Virus record (IMG/VR): IMGVR_UViG_3300035665_000023
Span: 1 to 64,000 of that record
DNA from: a virus
Reading direction: 5' to 3' (one strand)
DNA length: 64,000 nt
The translations under genes were made by a program, and so were the position numbers. Numbering within the stretch: position 1 is the first letter of the stretch; each line of letters starts with the position of its first letter. Positions 56,710-64,000 of this stretch are shown here, in pieces. The notes under the pieces are model-generated. The model made no database searches and was not told the DNA's origin. It saw only the letters and a program-made list of their open reading frames with translations.

Positions 56710-58740
56710 TTACTGCATTTCCAATTTTTTTGGTATTTTCGCTTCGAAGGCATTAGGACAAGGTTTAGGCTCAATAGAAATCACGGTCTTTCGCAGAATC
56801 TGAGACATGACCTTAGCCTGTTCGTAGCTAGACTCTATGAACCAGCCGACATTGAATTTTTGGCACTGCTCTGCTTTCCAAGAACCCATGCAAGAACGGT
56901 TCCGTTCTTCAAATGTGCCTGGATACATCACGAGTTGACCGTAGCTGATGCGATATCGACTTAACCACTCCTCTGTTAAATCTCGGTACGCCTCTCGCCT
57001 AGCAGTGATAATAAAAGGGACGGTGTAATCTCGAGGAGTTCGTATGGGCTTCCGAGTCGTCATCCATTCTCGATACCTCGGCCCATCGTCGTCGTCACCT
57101 ATCGGGCAGTCGTCGCATAAAACTCCGTCAAAGTCGATTCCCACATTCATCGTTCGAAACGTATAGCCATTATTGAACAAGTTCCAGTCAAAAAGGTGAG
57201 GCATTTCCAAGTCTACGGCACAACCCGTTATCTTTTGTTTGCCGCGATTGGTTGCATAGACGACATAAAAAGGCAAGTCAGTGTTTATTTCTTCAGCCGA
57301 ACGTCCAGTACACGATGAATCATCTACTACGATGATTTCGCCCCCATGCTCAATGCGTTTCCCATGTACACTTGGAACTCGAATGCGAGAACCGCCTCCG
57401 ATGTATCGCAAGCCAGCGGCAGTGATTTCATACAACGGAACACCGAGTCGAATGGATATATCGCAAGCTGCACGCATGCCAGAACGCGGGACGCCAGCAA
57501 TCCCAGCCACATCTGGATGCCTGTCGAGAATAATTTGCGATAAGGTCAAAGTATCTCGAGTAAACTGGTCCCATGTTATGACCGACTGCACCAAATCTTT
57601 ACCTTGAAGCACATCGATGTACTCTTTAATGGCTTCACATCTATTTGGATGGGCAGCGAAATGTGCAATATACGCATCTCGCAAGCCAGCATCAAATTCT
57701 CCTGCGTTGTTATTGTTAAACCACCACTGCCAATTCCACTTGGAGTCTAGTGTTTTGAGCGTTGCACCATTTTTCACTGCTTTTCTAAGTTGCTCTCCCA
57801 CCCAAGTTTGTTCTATGCAATGCGATGTGCCGATATACTGTTCTGGTCTTTTCCAAATGTCACATGCGAGCTTGCGAGACAAAACCACTCCAGAATTAAA
57901 ACATTGAGAAGTGTGTGGAATTCTTTTTCCAGTGACTGCTGCAATCGCCTTTCGGTCCCGCCTAAGCCACTCGGCATCTCCGATCCTTGGTCCGTCATCG
58001 TGTACGCAGATTGTTTCGCTGTACTCGTCAAAAATATTAGGCGCTGTTGGCTTGACAACGCAGTCGGCGTCAAGGAACAAAACTTCGTCATATTGTTGGC
58101 AAAAGTGCCAAGTTCGGAACTTCTCCATGAGTGCCCATTCTTCTGTCTGATTATCCAGACCGATAAAATCCGCTTCGCATCTATCGGCATACGCCTGCAT
58201 CAAAGGCCACGTGAGCCTTGACATCGCGATGTAGTCATAACCAGTTGCCACCGAAACAATACATCGCTTACGTCCCGTGTCTGGCCTTCTGTGCCTCCAA
58301 AGAGCGTAAGCGCGATCGAGACTGCAAACAGGTTTATTAAGCGCCTTGTTCACTTCGTTGTGCAAAACAATAGAAGATTCAAAAAACGCTTGCTCAGATT
58401 CAAAAGATATTGGGTGCGTTTTTTCGAGGCTCGCAAAATGATTTCCGCAACCACATTTACTCCCTACAACCTCATCTTTCCATGCTTTATACCAAATTCG
58501 GCTACAGTCTTTATTAAGGTGCAAGGCTTTCCATCTTTTGCGTCCCTGCTCTTCTTTGAGGCGTTGCGATTCCCTGACCTTTTCTCTGTTCGCCGCACGG
58601 GCTTCGCTTTGCAGCTTTTGCAAACCAGGAATTTTCCATGTGCGCCGTGTCGTCAAAACTGCCTTGGTACATGTGCAAACATACGGCAAGCGACAGTCGC
58701 CAGGAACCTCTTTAGAACATTCTGGGCAAATCTCAAACAT
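56710..58740 (-). CDS. Multidomain fusion: Erv1/Alr-like, GT8-like glycosyltransferase, PRTase-like and HAD-like
   Basis: CGCGNHF...LHNEVNKALNKP; FLDADC, FNSGV, HFA; GVPRSG, IVVDDSSCTGRS; DFDGVLC, ITAR. Confidence 0.75.
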   Translation of the reverse strand: MFEICPECSKEVPGDCRLPYVCTCTKAVLTTRRTWKIPGLQKLQSEARAANREKVRESQRLKEEQGRKRWKALHLNKDCSRIWYKAWKDEVVGSKCGCGNHFASLEKTHPISFESEQAFFESSIVLHNEVNKALNKPVCSLDRAYALWRHRRPDTGRKRCIVSVATGYDYIAMSRLTWPLMQAYADRCEADFIGLDNQTEEWALMEKFRTWHFCQQYDEVLFLDADCVVKPTAPNIFDEYSETICVHDDGPRIGDAEWLRRDRKAIAAVTGKRIPHTSQCFNSGVVLSRKLACDIWKRPEQYIGTSHCIEQTWVGEQLRKAVKNGATLKTLDSKWNWQWWFNNNNAGEFDAGLRDAYIAHFAAHPNRCEAIKEYIDVLQGKDLVQSVITWDQFTRDTLTLSQIILDRHPDVAGIAGVPRSGMRAACDISIRLGVPLYEITAAGLRYIGGGSRIRVPSVHGKRIEHGGEIIVVDDSSCTGRSAEEINTDLPFYVVYATNRGKQKITGCAVDLEMPHLFDWNLFNNGYTFRTMNVGIDFDGVLCDDCPIGDDDDGPRYREWMTTRKPIRTPRDYTVPFIITARREAYRDLTEEWLSRYRISYGQLVMYPGTFEERNRSCMGSWKAEQCQKFNVGWFIESSYEQAKVMSQILRKTVISIEPKPCPNAFEAKIPKKLEMQ

Positions 58741-59866
58741 CTAATGCGCAAACCTCAACTAAATATCTGCAACTTCCCCTGTTGCCTGCGTTCATAGGGT
58801 CAATTGGAACAGTGGTGCAAAAACAAAGCAAATTACTTGAAACTACAGTTATAGGTCCAAACATTGCACACGGTTGGCTGCAATCAGTACTGTAAGCTGG
58901 GAAAGATAATTGAGCCGAACATCCAATCGACACATTCAAATTTAACAAAGTGCCGCCGTATCCATTGCTTCCGCAACTGACCTCTAACGAAAAGTATTCA
59001 TCTCCTAAACAACAAAAACCATCTCCTTCCCATACGCCATCTAACCTATTCCACTGCAACACAATTTCGCAAGGTGCGTTTATTTGCTCCATCTTGTCAA
59101 GGCGAATGCAAGGAACGTCGTCTGGGTGAACATAAATTTTAGCTACTAACGTCGGACCCCATTCAACCGAACCGTCAATACCATCGCACGTGCAAATACA
59201 CGAATTGCATACGCCAAACGGAGCTGACTCTAAAAGATATCTGAAAAACGAAAACTTCCTTATAGTCATTCCGACTTCACTCAGCGAAAAACCAGAATAG
59301 TATCCGTTGGCGAACAAGCCACCATGAACTGTCGAAACAAGAGACAAGACTGCATTAGTTACACCTCCGCATAGAACATTGTCGGTGATAAACGCCCAAA
59401 CAGTTCTTGTGTCTCCAGTCAAACCTATGATGTCATCCTCTTTGAGGATTGCTTCAACACCACCGCTGACTATCCCCAGCCGCAGAACAGAATTGGCTAT
59501 GCCTTGCACCTCGAACTCGACAAAATAGTAATTCTCTGAATCGCACACCAACGGATCGCCGCTTGCTGTTCTATCTACGTTGACGAGCACTCTGTATTTG
59601 TCACCGCTATCAACAACTTCATCGCAAGTGACCAAAGAAGCGATCATACTTCCTTCGGGCACTGGATGCGGGACATTAAGAATGGCAAGTGCGTTTGCGA
59701 CCAAACATCTCGCTCCTCCGCACTGCTCGTCGATAATTGCCGCTGCTATTTCGTAATCGCCCTCTTCGTCGCACCAGCGTCCACGCAGAGGTGTACCAGG
59801 GGTTCTGCCGAAACCATCTTCGTGAATTAAACATGTTGCATCACAGCAACAATTCCACCATGCCAT
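58733..59866 (-). CDS. Cys-rich virion (tail) protein
   Basis: MAWWNCCC start, many Cys, structural operon context. Confidence 0.65.
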   Translation of the reverse strand: MAWWNCCCDATCLIHEDGFGRTPGTPLRGRWCDEEGDYEIAAAIIDEQCGGARCLVANALAILNVPHPVPEGSMIASLVTCDEVVDSGDKYRVLVNVDRTASGDPLVCDSENYYFVEFEVQGIANSVLRLGIVSGGVEAILKEDDIIGLTGDTRTVWAFITDNVLCGGVTNAVLSLVSTVHGGLFANGYYSGFSLSEVGMTIRKFSFFRYLLESAPFGVCNSCICTCDGIDGSVEWGPTLVAKIYVHPDDVPCIRLDKMEQINAPCEIVLQWNRLDGVWEGDGFCCLGDEYFSLEVSCGSNGYGGTLLNLNVSIGCSAQLSFPAYSTDCSQPCAMFGPITVVSSNLLCFCTTVPIDPMNAGNRGSCRYLVEVCALDV

Positions 59867-59876
59867 GAATTATTCC

Positions 59877-60668
59877 CTATTCCTCTTGCAAGCACTCGCA
59901 GTCATTCTCTCCTGCAGGTTCGCATTCGCATGCGTCAACTTCATCTGGGTCGCATTTAGCTTGTAAGATGTAGTATTTGCCCTCTTGAAACAAAACTAAT
60001 CCTTTCGTACCTTCTTCCATGTTAGTAAACAGACCGTCTGGATCGTAAATGTTTGCAGTATGGGGCCAGTAACCAGACATCTGCCTTACGCAAGCCTCGC
60101 AAAATGTTCCAGTTAATGTTTCTAATGACTGAAACCTAAAGATTTTTGTCTCAGTATGAACAAACAACCAATTTATGACCTTACCGTTGTGGTCATAAAG
60201 GATTGATATTTTGTTTGTCAAACACTTTGGATGACCTCCGTATTCTGGAGAGTCGGAAACACCAGAGTTTTGCCCAACTCTCCATTTTACTTCAACTGGC
60301 GACGGAGGCACATAATGCGGGGCATAATCAGCTGTGCCTTGTGTTGGCAAAACAGCAGGAAATATATCTCCTATGCGATATCGCTTCGCTCCACCCGATG
60401 TAACCCTACACCCATATGGCTTTGCAACGGATATTCCAGGTTTTTCAGAATTGTTTTCCTCGAAATCAATGAACTTAAGCATTCTGGGGTCGAAACCTCT
60501 GCAGATCACGTGATTCGGATAATTGTCTTCACATGCAACTTGCAGCATTGCACAATACGGAAAAACTCCGAAAATCTCCAAATCATTATGCTCACCACGC
60601 ACAGGGTTGTACGGTGGCGGTATTGTGAATTCTGGAGTAGGCCTGCGTAGTTTGCGAAAACCAGACAT
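59877..60668 (-). CDS. Putative tail protein
   Basis: Operon context; Cys-rich C terminus. Confidence 0.6.
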   Translation of the reverse strand: MSGFRKLRRPTPEFTIPPPYNPVRGEHNDLEIFGVFPYCAMLQVACEDNYPNHVICRGFDPRMLKFIDFEENNSEKPGISVAKPYGCRVTSGGAKRYRIGDIFPAVLPTQGTADYAPHYVPPSPVEVKWRVGQNSGVSDSPEYGGHPKCLTNKISILYDHNGKVINWLFVHTETKIFRFQSLETLTGTFCEACVRQMSGYWPHTANIYDPDGLFTNMEEGTKGLVLFQEGKYYILQAKCDPDEVDACECEPAGENDCECLQEE

Positions 60669-60669
60669 A

Positions 60670-62670
60670 TTAGTTTGGAGTCAACCATCCTCCTCCAGCA
60701 TCAGCAAGACCAGCTATCATAGATGCCATGTCTTTCCATTCAGGAGCCACGTCTTCGCGTCGTTCCACAAACGAATACAAACCAATAAGCAGTTTGTTGC
60801 GTTCGTCAATCTGGTAAGCCATAAGCCTTGTGTTCTCAGCGGCAACACTTTTCCATCCTTCTAGTCTCCTGACAGATGTCTCCATCAACTGCACGACTGC
60901 CCTATTTTTGTGCTCAGCCAGAGAGTTTGCGTTCTGCATCAGAAGAACCGCATACCTTTCTTTGCCAGAAATAAATGCAGTCAAAGCTGCTTGCAATTGG
61001 CTAAGCAAAGTATGTCTTTCGGACATTTCTGTTTTCGAAACATCTTGCGAAGCTGCGTACTGGCGCTGTATCGACTCCAGAAACTGAGCTTCAATCTGTT
61101 GTATGCGTTCGTAACGCTTTCCGGCGTCGTCCATCTTCCATTTAGCAAAGATGTCTCGCAACTGATATATCCTATCAACCGATTCGATTGTTCTCTGCCT
61201 GATATCCTGCAACTTCGCATACAAATTTGAAGATAGCTCAATCCCGTATTTGTAATTGGCATCTTTCGCAGAGAATATAGCCTGCTTGCCAGCAAGCACT
61301 CGATTTCGTACTTCATTACGCAGTGCGTATATGTTGCTGACAAGTGAAGCTTGGTATCGCAAAACCTCTTGCTGAGCTGAGTGAAGCCTATCCTTTCCGT
61401 CAAGAGTTCGCGAATTCAGCAGCGTGCTTTGTTCGTAAATCCTGTGTTGGTTTTCAAGCTTTTCTCGATTCAACCTGTCGTTTAGCAGCTGTATGTTTTC
61501 ATCCCTGTCTCTGTTATTCCTAGCTGTCAAGTCGCTTATGATGGTCGAAGTGTAAAGCCCTCTACTGACAAGCTGCTGCATTTGAATTGACAGATTCGCG
61601 ACAAACTGCTCGTTGATCCTCGCAAGATCCGCAGCCCCGAGATCCGTAAGAAACTGCCGAGCCAATGCCTTGTGTTCATTGTACTCGTTCTGTAGGCGAC
61701 CCAAAACAGAGTTAAAGTCGCTCGAAAATTGATTAGAAAGCGTACCAGCGTCCGTCTTAAATTTATCTAAATCTACAGCAATGCTTTGGAAATCTGTTTC
61801 AAGCAAAATAAGTATTTCGTCTACCTTGACAACATACTCGTTCACATTTACATCTACGCTTGCCAGCTGTGTGTCAATGTCCGCTGCGTGAGATGTGTAA
61901 TTGTTTGCAAGGAGTGTAAATTGCTGCGTGTAGTCTGCAATGTGACTGTTGAGCACAGTGCCAAGTGAAGTGATTTGCGACAAAACATCTGACAAGTAAG
62001 ACGCAAAGTTTTGATCTAATTCGGTAAGCTTGCTATTGTAATTGTTGATAAAATTAGACAGAAACGTCTCTTGCTCAGAAAACAACGTATTGATTTTGCT
62101 TGCGTTGGCAGTCGCGTTTTGCTCAAGCTCTCCAAGTCTGAGCAAAGTTTCGTTCAGTGCTATCTTCGCGGCTTGCGCATCAAGTATTGTCTGCGTCTTG
62201 TTTTCCTCTATCATCGTTTCAATGGCTGTCATATATGTGTCTAAGTCAGCCAAATACACGCCAGACTGCAAATTTTGCTCTTCTATTTGAGCATTGAAAT
62301 GAGTCTGGGACGTATCAATCATTTGCGTCCAATTCCTGACAATCTGATTGTACCTAAGTTCGTTTGCCGTCCTTGCGTCGTTTGCGGCAATTGTGTAGTT
62401 GTTACAAAGGTCAAGTAGCAATCGCTGTCGTTGCAATCCCTCCTTTCTTAAGCTGAAATAATTAGTCGGAGGAACGGTCGTGTTGTCTTGGGTTATTCCA
62501 GTGACCTCGAACCCCTGGGCAACAAGCCATCCCATAATGTTTTCTGGCACTTGCGAAATGCTTTGCACCACCCACCACACCCCAAGAGCTGGGTTTGGGA
62601 CGCGATCAAGATCAATCTCCTGCTGACTTGGATTTAGAGCTGGAACATTAGGAATTACGTTTGCTGTCAC
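60670..62670 (-). CDS. Long coiled-coil virion protein
   Basis: 666 aa of heptad-rich Gln/Asn/Leu sequence; AAGGAG RBS before GTG. Confidence 0.7.
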   Translation of the reverse strand: MTANVIPNVPALNPSQQEIDLDRVPNPALGVWWVVQSISQVPENIMGWLVAQGFEVTGITQDNTTVPPTNYFSLRKEGLQRQRLLLDLCNNYTIAANDARTANELRYNQIVRNWTQMIDTSQTHFNAQIEEQNLQSGVYLADLDTYMTAIETMIEENKTQTILDAQAAKIALNETLLRLGELEQNATANASKINTLFSEQETFLSNFINNYNSKLTELDQNFASYLSDVLSQITSLGTVLNSHIADYTQQFTLLANNYTSHAADIDTQLASVDVNVNEYVVKVDEILILLETDFQSIAVDLDKFKTDAGTLSNQFSSDFNSVLGRLQNEYNEHKALARQFLTDLGAADLARINEQFVANLSIQMQQLVSRGLYTSTIISDLTARNNRDRDENIQLLNDRLNREKLENQHRIYEQSTLLNSRTLDGKDRLHSAQQEVLRYQASLVSNIYALRNEVRNRVLAGKQAIFSAKDANYKYGIELSSNLYAKLQDIRQRTIESVDRIYQLRDIFAKWKMDDAGKRYERIQQIEAQFLESIQRQYAASQDVSKTEMSERHTLLSQLQAALTAFISGKERYAVLLMQNANSLAEHKNRAVVQLMETSVRRLEGWKSVAAENTRLMAYQIDERNKLLIGLYSFVERREDVAPEWKDMASMIAGLADAGGGWLTPN

Positions 62671-62684
62671 AATGAACTCCTTTA

Positions 62685-64000
62685 TTAAGCGTTAGCCGCT
62701 CTTGCCGTCATTTCAAAAACAGTCCAAGTGTCAGCCGCAGAACAGAAACACCTGACTCCCTTGTCCGCTGGAATAACGATAGCAGCGTTCGCTCCTTGAC
62801 CGTTTAAGAATCCGCCAGTTGCTGGATACAACTTTGCGGAAGTGCCGCTAGTGTTGATTATTTCCATGATATCGCCAGCTACACCGTTTGGAAGCTTTAC
62901 GCCTTTAACCGAACTGTCGCAAGTAATAAATGTCGTGTTGGTCGTTGCTAACGCAGCAGCGTCTCCAGCAACGCTACCATTAGCAGCAACTGGCGTGGCA
63001 GTCAGGCTTGCGAATGTAGCCCAAGAACCATCCCCTCGCAAAAACTGTCTCGCGTTATTACTCAGTTTAGGTAGAAGGCCGTGATATGTAGACGTTGCGT
63101 TCAGATCGGTGTTGTCGTCGGGAATGGCAAAGTCATCTAACTTGATTGCTTTTGCGTCGTCCAAGAACCTAAAATCCCAAAGATTTCCTAACGACAGCTT
63201 TTTTGCTGTTCCGCCAGCAATAATGTACAAGGTGTCGGCATCTGCTGCAGGACTTGCGCTTGACAGAGTAGGAACGTAAATCGCAAACTCAGACCAAAAG
63301 TGCGACCTCAAATTTGCTAAGGTGACTTTTGAATTTGTTGCCCCTTCATCGACAAGGAACAAGTCATCATTGGAAAGTGTTGCACTGGTGACCAAACCGC
63401 CGATATCGATGCTGTTAGTAACAACGGAACCAATATAATTTGCGAGCGCCGTGACGCTTACCGTGTAACTTACTCCAGATCGCCGCATCCAAAAAGTATC
63501 GCCCACCAAAACGGGTGATGCAGCCGATTTGTCCCACATTTCTGTTTCCATGTAGGATGCGATAGTTGAACTAGCAACCTTCTTCGGCGTAGTGCCTTCT
63601 ATAACATAAAACACATCTGCGTCTTCAAGCGGCGTAAGCGTTGTCAATCCTGAAACGTACGACTGGAAATCGGTCCACAGCTTTGTCTCAAGCTCCGTAA
63701 GCGTTGCCTTCTTTGGGGTGGCTCCATCACCAATCAGAAAAATTGAACTAGGAGCCAAAGTTGCAGGAGTTAAACCAGTAAGGTCCAATACGCCAGACTG
63801 AACTCCAACTAAGACGAATGTTCTCAACTGGTCTACGGTCACGCTATAGGTAGTTGATCCTCGACCAATGATAACTTTGTCGCCAGTCGTAACAGGGTTT
63901 CCGCTTGCTGCCGACCAGCCAGAAGCCAGCACATGCGTTGATAGCAAGCCAATATCCAGCTTGTTCTGAGTGCCAGACCTGAATATCAAAAAGCTGTCCC
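62685..64000 (-). CDS. Tail fibre-like protein, 5' end outside the window
   Basis: Frame stays open to the window edge; repeated DxFxx..G..KKxTL units, IKLDDFAIPDDNTDLNATSTYHGLLPKL and FLRGDGSW motifs. Confidence 0.75.
   Translation of the reverse strand, partial: DSFLIFRSGTQNKLDIGLLSTHVLASGWSAASGNPVTTGDKVIIGRGSTTYSVTVDQLRTFVLVGVQSGVLDLTGLTPATLAPSSIFLIGDGATPKKATLTELETKLWTDFQSYVSGLTTLTPLEDADVFYVIEGTTPKKVASSTIASYMETEMWDKSAASPVLVGDTFWMRRSGVSYTVSVTALANYIGSVVTNSIDIGGLVTSATLSNDDLFLVDEGATNSKVTLANLRSHFWSEFAIYVPTLSSASPAADADTLYIIAGGTAKKLSLGNLWDFRFLDDAKAIKLDDFAIPDDNTDLNATSTYHGLLPKLSNNARQFLRGDGSWATFASLTATPVAANGSVAGDAAALATTNTTFITCDSSVKGVKLPNGVAGDIMEIINTSGTSAKLYPATGGFLNGQGANAAIVIPADKGVRCFCSAADTWTVFEMTARAANA

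Overview
The whole window reads as one temperate tailed phage genome (podovirus-like: portal, capsid and a giant ejection protein, no tail tube or sheath recognised). The host is probably a planctomycete, inferred from SHD1 domains, a phage CsrA and the integrase and attC styles. An intact attP (3' half of tRNA-Val(GAC) with arm sites on both sides) suggests the free, excised form. Layout: minus-strand packaging/head/lysis/tail-fibre operon (1-12.6 kb, apparently continuing at 64-38.9 kb), a resolvase/iteron region, a plus-strand early gene cluster (16.3-20 kb), a minus-strand recombination/replication operon (20-30.3 kb) and a plus-strand xis-cassette-attP-int region (31-37 kb). Two systems stand out. 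(1) A compact type V locus inside the replication operon: tracrRNA-like RNA, a Cas12f-like protein lacking all RuvC catalytic residues and the zinc finger, a 143-aa unknown partner and a 10-repeat CRISPR array, with no cas1/cas2. (2) A phage-borne integron-like array of 9 gene cassettes with eight 89-91-bp attC sites and an attI-like site but no IntI. The genes are inverted relative to the attC sites, often start inside their own attC hairpin, and encode phage-type accessory proteins. All family assignments come from motif recognition by eye; no searches were run.
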